Shown piece after piece: positions 1 to 12,301 of a stretch of DNA of 45,862 bases. The stretch lies in assembly GCF_006345805.1 (NCBI RefSeq), contig NW_021834664.1, positions 1-45,862 of the forward strand, given 5' to 3'. The position numbers were made by a program, and so were the translations under genes. The notes under the pieces are model-generated. The model was not told where the DNA came from. It saw nothing but the letters and a program-made list of their open reading frames with translations, and searched no databases. This DNA is from Octopus sinensis (Eukaryota). How positions within the stretch are numbered: the first letter of the stretch is position 1; each line of letters begins with the position of its first letter.

Positions 1-296
1 TGTAAAACAGGTCAACACTCTTTAATATACTGTAGTAAAAAGTTGGGTTCATGTAATCGATTTCCATTCTCCTCCTCCGAATTGCTGGACTTGTGCCACA
101 ATTTGAAACCAATATACCTTAGTGACAATGGCAGCGAATTGATAGAAACGATGAGTTAATGCCCGTTATCACATTCCTCTACGTCTGCTTTTCAAATTTG
201 GTTGAACTCGATTTTATCATTTATCCCAGCAGAGTCGATAATATAAGAATCAGTCATACAATTCAAACGATTGTTGCCAGTTCACCCATGCTTGCA

Positions 297-680
297 TGTA
301 TGTATGTATGTAGTATGTATGTATGTAGTATGTATGTATGTATGTATGATGTATGTATGTATGTATGTAATGTATGTATGTATGTATGTATGCATGCATG
401 TATGTATGTATGTATGTGTGTATGTATGTATGCATGTATGTATGCATGCATGTATGTATGTATGTATGTATGTATGCATGTATGTATGCATGCATGTATG
501 TATGTATGTATGTATGTATGCATGTACGCATGCATGCATGTATGTATGTATGTATGTATGTATGCATGTATACATGCATTCATGCATGTATGTATGTATT
601 ATGTAGTATGTATGTATGTATGTATGTATGTATGTATGTATGTATGTATGTATGTATGTTGTATGTATGCATGCATGTAT
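297..680. repeat. (TATG)n microsatellite with TGCA variants
   Basis: Direct tandem repeat; source of the spurious MYVC/HTYI ORFs. Confidence 0.97.
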
Positions 681-830
681 GCTGCACGATCAATATTTCC
701 AACACGCTAACTCGAACTGTGCCTAGACTTCGAAGACCAAGCTATGAACTGCTGACTATGTCAGACTGATACTATTTATATGCATGATCTCGTCTATTCT
801 CATCAGAGGTGTCGTACTCACGCCACAACA

Positions 831-966
831 GTATGTATGTATGTATGTATGTATGTATGTATGTATGTATGTATGTATGTATGTTATGTATGTATGTATG
901 CTTGTATGTGCGTATGCATGTATGCATGCATATATGCATGTATGCATGCATGTATGTATGCATTAT
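831..966. repeat. (TATG)n microsatellite
   Basis: Direct tandem repeat. Confidence 0.95.
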
Positions 967-1569
967 ATGTCAGGTCAGGCCACCTGTGAAGTTTCTCATG
1001 AGCGCTACTGGTAACATGAAATCCTGTACAACCTGTTGCAAGGTCAGGTCGTCAACGACTAAACTGACACGTTCATAGGTTAACCTGGCGAGTAAGATTA
1101 CTACAAAACCCAACAGGACTAAAAGCAAGACCTTTCAAAAGACCAGATGAACCGGGTGTAAATTCAATGACCATCTAGCCATAGCTTGTGCATTCAGCTA
1201 TTCCGAGTTTGTGCCCGACGTACTGGAAAGCCAGTGGGTGTGAGGCACCCTTAGCTTTTGTTAAAGCATGCTTCGAGGAGAAGATCACTTTGATATAAAA
1301 CTGGATATGTAGGGAAAAGGACTTTGAGGAATCTTTTGTTTGCACTTGAGATCATGGCGCTTCCACATTTCTGAGCCTGCAACCCATATTGGCACTGGGT
1401 ATCTTGGCCTGTCTGTGGATCATGCGAATAGGGTGGAAAGGGTCCAAGAGGTGTTGTGCAAGCTTTCTGGACCTGAAAGTTTGTACATATATTGCTGACA
1501 TTTTGCATGGGTCATTGTCAGTGATGGTCTGGTCTTCCTCGGTCACAAGTGGACAGCTATCATAATATT

Positions 1570-1705
1570 ATGTATGTATGTATGTATGTATGTATGTATG
1601 TATGTATGTATGTATGTATGTATGTATGTATGTATGTATGTATGCATGTACGTATGTATGTATGTATGTATGTATGTATGTATGTATGTATGTATGTATG
1701 TATGT
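1570..1705. repeat. (TATG)n microsatellite
   Basis: Near-pure direct tandem repeat. Confidence 0.97.
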
Positions 1706-2520
1706 ACAAATAGGTGTTGGTAAAAATACTAGAAACATCTTGTTAAATGAGAATTAGTATTTAATAAGAAGTTGGTCCAGATGTGGCACCAATCACAGCT
1801 TGAACCCGTCGAGGAATTGTCTCCTACAAGTGCTGAACATTGTTAGAGGAAGTTTGCGCCAGTCTTCAAGTAAAATCTGATTTACTTCTTTCAGTGACGA
1901 TTGGAGGAATGCGGCTTCTCCCTTGCCGTCCCAAGATGCTGAACCATAAATCAATCTTCGGTTATATTGAGATCCTGTGATTGGCCAGGGAAGACTAATC
2001 TAAATGGTCTACTTCACTTTTGAACTCTTTTCGTACCCCTTTTGAATTACATTAACCGTGTGAATCTTTGAAGAAACGTTGTAGGAGTTTTCCCTACCAT
2101 CAGGTAACAATGTTTATACCATAAAATGGATATACTTAGATAATCTTTTTCTTTAACTCTGCAATGTAGAACAATCAGAGGGTTAAGGATTTCCGGTTAT
2201 AACTGTCTAAATCTTCACAAATGTACTTCTCTAAATGCTTCCCGTTAGGGGCCAGACATTCCGGGTTGAAACATTCCTTGCTTCGTCTCCAGACATAAAC
2301 TCACTCTAAAGAGAGGAAAATGGTAAATGGTGATTCGTCAGAGATGTCTATGTTCCACTGAACCATTGCCAACTTTTAATAGACTTGACATCGTTTTCTC
2401 TCCCATATCAATGTTGTAGGGGCACAGATGTTTAACATACGCAGTCCTTCTATGGTATGCAGCTTTATGGAACTCACGGCGAACGGTTGCCGTTGACACG
2501 GGGGAAGCACTCAATTGCAA
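1706..2520 (-). mobile_element. Decayed Tc1-type transposon (3' two-thirds of transposase)
   Basis: Minus-strand motifs across frameshifts: VSTATVRREFHK (HTH), SDESPFT, WPxxQDLNI (WPSQSPDLNPIE-like), TIPRRVQAVIGATSGPTSY (Tc1 C-terminus). Confidence 0.8.
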
Positions 2521-5500
2521 ACTGATCACCCTCAAGCAAGAGCTAAAGGCAGTCAGTGAGAAAACTCCGACATCAGAAGAGAACCGAAAGAAAAACAATA
2601 AATGAAAAATTTAATCGGAAACGTGCAGCAGCGTGCAGAGATACGAGAGAAGAAGCAATAAATATCATTGAATCTCCTTTAGGGAGATGAAAATCTGAAA
2701 AATCTCCTTTTCTGGTGGAAAATCTGGAGCGAAGAGATGGAGTTTAACAAAGATGCCCAATGAATAGAAGAAATTCGAGGTAATTACTGTCCCTGCATTA
2801 CACCCAAGACACATCATTGACGATACCCTTTAATCCAGAAACTTCAGGGTGGAAAAGCAACTGGAAGAGACTTGATTGTTGTATATTGGTACAAGAAGCT
2901 AACCTTCTACTGACCGTATCTAAACAATCTGTACCAAAAAGATTTGAATGAGAAAAGTATTATATCACACTGGTTAGCTCAGAGAACTACCCACATGGCA
3001 AAAAAAAAAATCACCGGCCAATTGCATGCCAGGACTTAATGCATAAAATATGTACAGCAGGTTTAAACCTCTTCCTCCAAGACCATTGTGAAAGTAATAA
3101 CATCGTCACACCAGAACAAACAGTTGGGAAGAAGGGAGTCTAGGAATGTGTCGAACAAATGATGATAAACAAATGTCAGAGGTGCGGGAGCATAGGAGGA
3201 ACCTAATTTCACTGTAGCTAGACTAGAAGAAAGCCTTTCACTGTGTCCCCAACCTATAGATGCTAGAAGCCTTTCGGCTTGCTAAAGTTTCAGTGAACAT
3301 TGTAAAAGCCATAGCTGACCTGACTTCATCTTAGGTCTCCATCTTGAAGCTAAATACAAGGAATGATTGTATTATAAGATACAGTATCACAGAAGTATAT
3401 TCCAAGGGGATAGCCTCTCTGTGACGCTGTTTATACTCTTTGTACCCCCACACCCGTCATTCATGCTAAGAAAATCTGAACGGTATCTCACCGGTTCACA
3501 AGGAAACAGAACTACCAAAATTACACACTGTTTTTTTTTTGTGAATGACTTGAAACTATATGCAAAGACTATAAATGAGATGAAGAAAAGCCTTGACCTG
3601 CTTACAACATTCTCAAAGGATATGGTAATGGAGTCTGGTTAGTATAAATGTTACTATAAGGTTGGGAAAAAAGGAAAACTGTAAACCAGAGTAGCAACAT
3701 CTCCATCAATGACTTAACCGTTTCCCCTGTATCTGATAAAGAATGTTACAGGTATCTGGTGGGGTGGATGAAAACATATTTTACGTTGGCACCTGTAACA
3801 AAACACGTGTCACTAAAATATATTACAGTCGAATAAAGAATATAAGGATTTCAGAATTCACTGCTTTCAATAAAACAATGGTCCACAATTTGTTTACATA
3901 TTCAGACCAACATGTGGGCTATTTGATTGGTTGCTTGATGAAATTCGAACCATTGCTGTGAAAATCCCGAAGATATTAAGCAGCACAACTATTTTCTATA
4001 TCAACAGCGACGTACGAGGGACGTTCAATAAGTAATGCCTCTGACCCACTTGCAGTTGTTTGATCTAGCTGAAATTTTGCATGTGCAATCATTTATATCT
4101 CTATAGAGTAAGTGGCAAATTACAGCTGAATTAATTGTGGTTTCTGATTTACAGGTGTTTGAACCGAGTCAAGTGTGAAATGGAGCCTGTTGAGTGTCGA
4201 GCAGTGATCCGGTTTTTGTATTTGAAAGGACGCACACCACGGGAGACTTTTGGTGAAATGAAAGTAACTTATGGTGATGATGCCCCATCATATGACCTTG
4301 TAAAACGCTGGCATCGTGAATTCAAACAGGGTCGGAACTCTGTGGAAACAGCTCCCAGATCTGGTCGCCCCCTTCTGCCATTGATGAGGCATCTGTCCGT
4401 CAAGTTGAGGCTGCCATTTTGGAAGATCGACGCATAATTATTCGCCAAATAGCCCATGAGGTCAAGATTAGTACCGGATCTGTGGAAACTATCATTCATG
4501 ACCATTTGCATATGCAAAAGGTGTCTGCCAGATGGATTCCCAGGTTGCTCACGCCTTTCCAGAAGCAAGAACGCGTCGAGTGCTCGAGGGTGAATTTGGA
4601 GATGTGCCAAGAAGATGAGTCAAAATTTTTCAAAAGACTGATTACACAGGATGAAACCTGGGTCCATCACTATGATCCAGGGACCAAAGCCCAGTCAATG
4701 CAGAGGAAGCACCGTGACTCACCCCCTCCAAAGAAGGCAAGGGTGCAGCCCTCCGCTGGCAAGGTCATGCTCACAGTCCTCTGGGACCAGGACGGAGTAG
4801 TGATGACAGATTTCCTGGCAAAGGGTACCACAATTGCAGGAGCCTATTATGCTTCACTTTTGAGGAAATTAAGAGAAGTTATCAAAATCACGAGGCGGGG
4901 CAAGATCAGCAAAGGCATCCTCCTCCTGCAGGACAACGCTCCGGTCCACAACTCGCTTGTCGCCAGATCAGAAGCACAGGCGTATGGCTATGAACTCCTC
5001 TCCATCCCCCTACTTTCCTGACCTTGCACCCTCTGATTTTCACCTCTTCCCAATCATGAAGTTGTTTTTGAAAGGAAAGCGTTTCCCAGATGATGCAGCC
5101 TTGATTTCTGAAGTCACGTTGAGGTTGGAGGACCAAGCTGGGTTCTTCTACAAAAACGGTCTCCAGAGCCGCATCAAACGATGGGAGAAATGCGTAACTC
5201 TGGGTGGTTCCTATGTAGAAAAAGACTAATAACTGTGCCAAGTTTCGTTGCCCTACTGCTATGGGAAGTGGGTCAGGGGCATTACTTATTGAACGCCCCT
5301 CGTAGGTCACCTCTACCTAAAATGAAAACAAGGTTGAACACGCTTAACATCGATCCAGACTGCCTTTGAATGTCGTATTAAAATCCTTTCAGCAACATTT
5401 TTTAACCACCAAGTGTTGAAGTGCATCACTTGACCAAATTTGCATACACGAGACAGATAACACTGTTCAAAGATGTCGCACGACTCTAACGCAACATATC

Positions 5501-6280
5501 ATCAAATGAAAGGATGCGCGTATATCAGCAGAAGATCATGCATGGATAAGTTTGAAGAAAGCACCGGGATGATTGTAACATTGATCATAAAAGCAATCTA
5601 CCATGGACCAACGACCGGACTGCAAACTCTCACACTGACCGCTATGCTTTTGCAATTCAAGAATAGGAAGTATCAGTCAAATGCTTGATGCACAAAAGGT
5701 TCAAAGACGCTGGTAAAATACCAAAATATGATAAACGATGCAGACTTTCTGGAGTTAACACCATGCTGTCACCCACATCATAAGCAGTTGTTCGAAAACG
5801 TCATCGCAGTATTATCAACCGATGTGATATGATGTGACTAAGACACTGTATAACAAAATCCGTCGGAAGGATAACCCTGAGCCCAAAGAAATAAGAATCC
5901 ACATTTTCGTAGAGGACATAGCCACTCATAATAAGAAGGAGTACTGATGGAATGTCCCAGTGAAAAGCCTCAATAAAATTTAAGCATAATAAGACTGACA
6001 TAGTGATGGAAAAGGGAAACTGTGTGCAGTTGTGGAAATTAGCTGTTCAGCGGATGTTAACATAAAGATCAGCGAAAAAGAGAATACCTACGCTGAATTA
6101 TTGAGAAATATACTGTTACTCTACCCCGATTACAAGTTCAGGGTTATATCTCTAATTATTGCGGTACTGGAATATATAACACGTTGCCTAAGTACCATTC
6201 ATGAGAAATTGGGCTTCTCGAAACCAGGAAGGGAAAAGTTGATTCGAAGACTTTGAATCTAGGTTAAAAATCGGGTCTTT
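2520..6280 (+). mobile_element. Decayed 5'-truncated R4/Dong-like non-LTR retrotransposon (RT + restriction-like endonuclease), split by a mariner insertion at 4015-5302
   Basis: SIFQGDSLS and FVNDLKLY (ORF 3367-3642); INSDV/LYLK either side of the mariner; HIISSC zinc-knuckle remnant; NKTDIV...VEISCS...EKENTYAEL RLE motifs (ORF 6032-6256). Confidence 0.8.
4015..5302 (+). mobile_element. Full-length mariner transposon (1288 bp) with frameshifted D,D34D-type transposase
   Basis: TIRs cgagggacgttcaataagtaatgcc / ggcattacttattgaacgcccctcg; TA duplication at 4013-4014 and 5303-5304; ATG at 4180; motifs WIPRLL, TQDETWVHHYDP, QDNAPVH, PYFPDLAPSDFHLF; two frameshifts. Confidence 0.95.
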
Positions 6281-6364
6281 CTCTATTGGCAAGAAATCTC
6301 GAAATGAAACTGAATAAGGACCTACATAATATACGCACTCGTATATTAACATTTATGCAGGTTT

Positions 6365-6800
6365 TTTTTTTTACTTGTTTCAGTGATTAGACTGCGGCTA
6401 TGCTGGAGCAGCTTGAATAATTTTCAGTCGAGCAAATCAACCCCAGTATTTATTTTTTGAAACTTGGTACTTATTTTATCGGACACTTTTGCTGAACCCC
6501 TAGGTTACAGGGACGCAAACACACCAATACCGGTTGCCAAGAGGTAGTGGGAGACAAATACAGACGCAAGCACGCATGCACAAATGTGCGCACGCACAAA
6601 CACATACACACGTACACACACACACACACCACACACACACACACCACACACACACACACACACCACACACACACATATATATATGCACACACACCAAATC
6701 TTCTCACAAAGCTTTTGTCTGCCAGAGACAATAGCAGAAGACAGCTGCCTCGGTGCCACGCAGTGGGATTGAACCCGGTACCGTGTTGTTGCAAAGCATA
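6365..6800 (-). mobile_element. tRNA-derived SINE with internal (CA)n
   Basis: Minus-strand head with B-box-like GGTTCAATCCC followed by actgcgtggcacc; similar head at about 24730-24820; body interrupted by CA repeat 6600-6690. Confidence 0.7.
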
Positions 6801-6925
6801 TACACGAATGAGTGGATAAACGAAGAAAGAGTTTGATTGAGTTCGTTGCTATTTCAAGTTTCGAAGGCCCATAACAAGATCCCAACTCTTCTAGAATACC
6901 GATTCGGCATATGTACACATACGGG

Positions 6926-7247
6926 AAGGTGCGTGGCTTAATGGCCAAAGTATTCAACACATTCCACTCAAGATCTGAAAGTCCTGAGATCGCTTCTCAG
7001 TGATGGCTTTTGCCGTCGAGAAGAACACTATTTCTCGTTGCTCCGGTCCACTCAACTGGCAAAAACGAGTTTTCCAAAGGCCCAGCCTGGTAACGTTCGT
7101 TGTGTCACTCTGAATTTCCCAGGGAACCAAGTTAAGTTGTACGTGTGACAGTGAAGTGCTCAATCACATGCTCTTTAATTTCAAAAGTACGCTGTTCTGT
7201 TGATCGGATCAACTGGAACACTCCTTGTAACCGACAGAGAGCCAAGG
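6926..7247 (+). mobile_element. tRNA-derived SINE (second family, decayed)
   Basis: A-box-like gtggcttaatgg at the 5' end, degenerate B-box region, non-coding body ending at a TA/GA microsatellite. Confidence 0.55.
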
Positions 7248-7283
7248 CATATATGCACATATATGCATATATATACGTACAGA

Positions 7284-7335
<52 letters not shown>

Positions 7336-7399
7336 CACACACACACACACATACACATGCGTATACATACATATAATTCTTTGTTTTATAACAATGAAG

Positions 7400-8290
7400 A
7401 GTTACATTATCACTTTTCTGATAACATTGTGAGTTTTCTCTTGTAAATCAATTTTTGTGAACCCATGCATAGATCAAAAATTTGTGTTGTTTATGAATAT
7501 GAGTTCAGTCGTGGAACATACATGCATTCCAGGCAGCTCGAAGCATCAACGAGGTGTTTGGTGAAGATGTGGCGAATGAGCGCACTGTACAGCAGTGGTT
7601 TAAGAAGTTCCGGTCTGGTGACTCTTGAAAATCAGCCCCGAGGTAGACCTGAGACCAAGGTGGATAATGATGAACTGGAAACTGTAGTGGAAGCGGATAC
7701 ATTTCAAACTACGCGTGTTTTAGCAGCAAGGTTTGATGTTTCGATTCCAACTGTTTTGTACCATCTGAAACAAATCGGCTGGATAAAGAATCTGGACAAG
7801 TAGGTACTACACAGACTGAACGAACATCAAATGACACGTCGCATTGAAACTTGTTCTTTACTATCACAACATAAAAGTGAACCATTTTTGCATCGTGTTG
7901 CTAACTGTGAGGAAAAATGGATTCTTTTCAACAGTAGCAAGCGTTCTGCACGGTGGTTGGATAGAGACGAAATGCCAAAACATAATCCAAAAAAGAATAT
8001 TTATCAAAAATATTTAATGGTCTGTTTGGTGGACCAGCGCTGGTATCACCCACTACAGATTCATGAGACCTGGTAAGTCAATTACAGCGGATGTATACAT
8101 CAACTAGTTGGATGAAATGATGAGTGAACTTGCAATTAAACAACTGAGATTGGTCAACAGAGACAGGCCAATTCTCTTGCAATACCATGTTCGACCACAT
8201 GTTGCAGAAAGAACGCTATTCAAGTTACAGGAACTGAAGTAGGAAGTACTCTGTCATCCACCATATTCATCAGATCTTGCATCACACAGG
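7400..8290 (+). mobile_element. Decayed mariner fragment (Hsmar1/cecropia-like)
   Basis: Across frames: VVYEYEFSRG, ERTVQQWFKKFRSGD, QPRGRP, VLHRLNEHQ (WVPH-like), CEEKWILFNSSKRSARWLD, HVRPH, PPYSSDLA; termini not recognisable. Confidence 0.85.
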
Positions 8291-8419
8291 TGGAAATATA
8301 GCAAAAATAGAAGTTAAAAATGCGCCACTGAGAATAGTTAAAATATATTCTTCTTATTATATTTAAAGATTTAACCGGTTTCACCACTGATTTTCAAGAA
8401 GTTGAAATAGAAATATGAG

Positions 8420-11400
8420 GTTTATGTCGCGCTTGTCTCGGTTTTGATGCTGTGATGAAACCACCACTCTCCACTTTGCCACTGGTCGGAATGTTTTCGT
8501 CTCGCCGTGTTTTGCAAACGCTTCAGAACCACCAAGCAAAAATATCTGGTTAACAGTTTGTCCAGGAGGAACAAATTCTGTGTGGACAATTCTTTTCGAA
8601 TCGGTCAAACAAATCATTATCGTCTTGAATTTGGACTCCACTTGACTCATTTTGGGGGTGGGGCGTGGTGATATCGAATGCTTCCATCGAATTGATTGCT
8701 GTATCATTTCCGGGTTGTGGCTATAGCACCAGCTTTCGTCACTAGTGAGGGCCTTCAAAAAAATTAAAAAAATAAAAATAAGAATGTATCCGGGCAGATA
8801 TATCCGGTACAACAATCATAATAACAGCAAATATCCAGGGTCTTTATCCGAAAACAAAACAGTGTAAAGTCCCTTTCTTGGAAGAATTAGCAACAGAAAA
8901 CAACTCCAAAATAATTGGAATTACTGAAAGTCATCTCCACGAAAACATCCGCAACAGCGAAATCACAATCAATAGATTCAACATCTTCAGATGTGATAGA
9001 CAAGGCAGATCCCATGGGGGCGTTATCATGTATATCCATGATACCTATGCATGCATAGAACTTGTCAATGAATCAAATGCCTACTGCAACCTGCTGTGCA
9101 TAAAAATCATCCAACTTAATACAGTTGTAACAATAATGTACAGACCGCCAAACAGCCCAACATTATCCTTCACTGAGCCACTGACGAAGCTCCAACAAAT
9201 TCTGGGAAACATGGTAAGTCCAATGCCAGACATTATCCTCCTTGGTGACTTCAACTTCCCTAACATCATCTGGCCACATGGACACATACTAAAACTGGGG
9301 ACAAAAGCTGAACAAATACAGGCAGCCAAACTGTTGGAAGTCACAGAGAAATTATACCTCAAACAAATGATGACAGAAGCAACAAGAAATAATAATACGA
9401 TCGACTTGGTTTTCACCAACAACGAGGACACGCTATTTGACCTTCACTCAACCCCAACAATCCTTTCAGACCACAATATTATTGAAATGCATTTACACAT
9501 TGGTAATGAGCCCAATGCCACAACTCTTAAACAAAAGGACATGCCAAAGCTATGCAGGTATGATTATCACCAGGCAAATTGGGAAACTATTAACAACCAG
9601 TTACAAATCATTGACTGGGATCTCTACCTTACTGGGCCAGATAAACACAAGAAATTCTTAAACAAGATCGAAGAAATATGTGAAAAAAATGTTCCTCTAA
9701 AGAAAACCAAGTCCACAAAAAAACCTGTACCACGGGAGCGAAAGATCCTGATGCGCAAAAGGTCAAGACTAAGAAACAAAACATCTAAGCTGACATCAAA
9801 ACATGAATTACAGAAAGTCCTTGACCAATATACAGATTAGAAGACAATCTAAAACAACACTATGATGAAGAATGTAACAATGCAGAAAAGAGAGCCATAG
9901 AAAACATCAAGAAAAATCCAAAATGTTTCTACAGTTTTGCAAAGAAATACTCGAACACCAAGTCAACAATAGGACCTCTCCAGAGACAAAATGGGGATGT
10001 AGTGAATAACCCTATTGAAATGGCAGAAATGTTGGGTCAACAGTATGAAAGTGTCTTCAGTGAGCCATCTAAAACCATGAAGATCCATGACCAGGAAAAT
10101 TCTTCAAGGATATCGACCATACTAAACCTACCCTATCCGACATTGATTTCAACCCAGAAGACATAGCAAGAGCCATAGACAAGCTCTCCATGCACTCGGC
10201 TGCGGGGCCTGACGGTTTCAATGCCATGATACTTAAAAACTGCAAGGTACAATTGTCGAAACCCCTTTACATGATATGGAGGGAATCTATGGAGAATGGC
10301 AAAATACCAAATACATATAAAGAAGCACACATAACTCCAATACATAAAGGGGACAGCAAATCAAAACCAAAGAACTACCGACCAATCTCACTGACATCAC
10401 ACATTATCAAGGTCTTCGAAAGAATAGTTCGTGGAAAACTGGTTGAGTTCCTGGAATTCAACAATCTGATGAATTGCAACCAGCATGGATTCAGGTTAGG
10501 TAGATCATGCCTAAGCTAGGAGTAGGAGGAAAAGTTGGTACATGGATACATGAGTTCCTTACAAATAGAACTCAAACAGTCACTGTGAATGGAACCCATT
10601 CAACACCATCACCTGTGACCAGCAGTGTTCCTCAGGGTACAGTACTCGGCCCAATCCTGTTTCTCATCCTCATCTCTGACATAGATGAAGATACAACCAG
10701 CAACGTCTCATCCTTTGCTGATGACACCAGGGTCATGAGACAAATCAAAGACGAGGTGGATACAGAGGCCTTACAAAAGGACCTGACCACCATATATAAA
10801 TGGCAGGAAACAAACAACATGTTGTTCAATGATAAGAAGTTTGAACTAATTCGCTACGGAACAGATCAAGATCTGAAAAATACAACAAACTACAGAAACC
10901 CATCAGGACAACAAATAATGGAAAAACAGTATGTGAAAGATTTAGGCATCTACATGGGAACCAACCTAAAATTCAGAGAACACCTTGACTCAGTCTGTCT
11001 TACTGCAAGAAAGTACAGCGGGTGGATCTTGCGCACCTTCAAATCAAGAGATACCTCAACAATGAAAACCCTCTGGAACAGTATGATACTTCCGAGGATT
11101 GACTACTGTTCTCAGTTGTGGTCACCAACAACAAAGGGCCAACTATCTAAGATAGAATCGCTCCAAAGAAATTTTACCTCATACTTCTCAGAAACGAGGG
11201 ACCTGGACTATTGGCAAAGACTCAAAACCTTGAGGATGTACTCAATAGAAAGAAGATTTGAGCGATACCGAATTATATACATTATATACATTTGGAAAAT
11301 GATAGAGCAGAAGGTGCCAAACTTTGGTATCACTGCGCCACCGAAGACGCTGCCAGCTGCCACCAATCAACAAAAAGGCTGGCCAGGCAGCAAAAACCCT

Positions 11401-12301
11401 GCGAGAATCAAGTCTGTTGGTTCGAGGAGCACAACTGTTCAACTCCATTCCGGTACATGTCAGAAATCTATCAGGATGCAGTGTGGAATCATTCAAATTG
11501 CAACTGGATAGATACTTAAGCACCATTAGAGATGAACCCCATCTCCCAGGATATACACAACGAGCACAAACTGACTCAAACTCGCTCCTACACATGTCAA
11601 AATTAAGCAGAGAATACAACCTGGCAACCACACCAGACTCTGAGGGTGGAGTCTTCGACTTGGCCTGAGCATGGACTCAAACCCAAACGAAATGAAATGA
11701 AATGAAGAAAAAAAAGAAAGGTTCGGATCAAATTCCAACTCATCTTTCATTTCACGAAACGCATTTATTCGTGACTGTTTTTGAACTTTCGTGTGCAAGT
11801 GAGGCACAAATTTTGATGTAACTCTTCATTCGCAATTCCTCGCTCAAAATTCGCTGGAAGAAGTTCCAGGACACACCAGTTATATCAACACGTTCGTCAA
11901 GTGTTCGGTGACGGTCCTCCAAGATCAGTTCATGAAAGTTCGTGATGTTTTCCTAAAGCGTGAAAACCACTCGTAAACTTGTATTTTGCTCCTCATGGCA
12001 GAATCCTTGTAAGCTGTTTGAAGCATAACAACTGTTTCGGCTGCCGTTTTCCAAGCAGAAAAAAAACAGAATTTTACGGAAGCACGCTGTCCCTTCGTTT
12101 CATCCATCGCAATAATCTACGAACAGGGGAAAGCACCGCAAATCAAAGACGTGCCACGTGACAGTACGACTCCTGACGATGACGCTAGCCGGCACACTGA
12201 TACCCGAGGGATGCATCAAGTGGCTTCTACTGGCGGAAGCTTAAACTACAACGGGTTTGTCCCGCAGAGGACGTTTCCGGTTACTTTTCGGTACCCCTTC
12301 G
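8420..12301 (-). mobile_element. Mariner element (irritans-like) split by the LINE at about 8815-11706; 3' end lost
   Basis: 5' TIR at about 12272-12301 with TA at 12302-12303; N-terminus QRASVKFC...VYEWFSRFR (12107-11925); KFVPHLH...DPNLSF (to about 11710); resumes LTSDESWCY...EFVPPGQTVN (8760-8530). Confidence 0.8.
8815..11706 (+). mobile_element. 5'-truncated CR1-group LINE, ORF2 (APE endonuclease + RT), inactivated
   Basis: APE ORF 8878-9840 (GITESHL, MYRPP, LLGDFNFP, IDLVF, SDHN); RT AAGPDG, NYRPISLTS, QHGFR, SSVPQGTVLGP, FADDT; (GAAAT)n tail at 11686-11706; stops, frameshifts and an internal deletion. Confidence 0.92.

Noticed and set aside
159-1014. Many overlapping ORFs rich in MYVC or HTYI
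   Set aside because: They are translations of (TATG)n; the same applies to the (CA)n, (TG)n, (TA)n, (AAT)n and (TATC)n ORFs elsewhere.
960-1560. Non-repetitive block between (TATG)n arrays, possibly an old RTE LINE
   Set aside because: Only vague similarity (GSEMW); no convincing motif in any frame, so left unassigned.
8373-8399. Minus-strand GAAACCGGTT with upstream cttgaaaat, resembling a PLE hammerhead
   Set aside because: The CUGANGA core and stem II are too degraded to support a call.
8878-9840. 320-aa ORF as a host endonuclease gene
   Set aside because: It is the APE domain of a LINE ORF2, contiguous with RT remnants.
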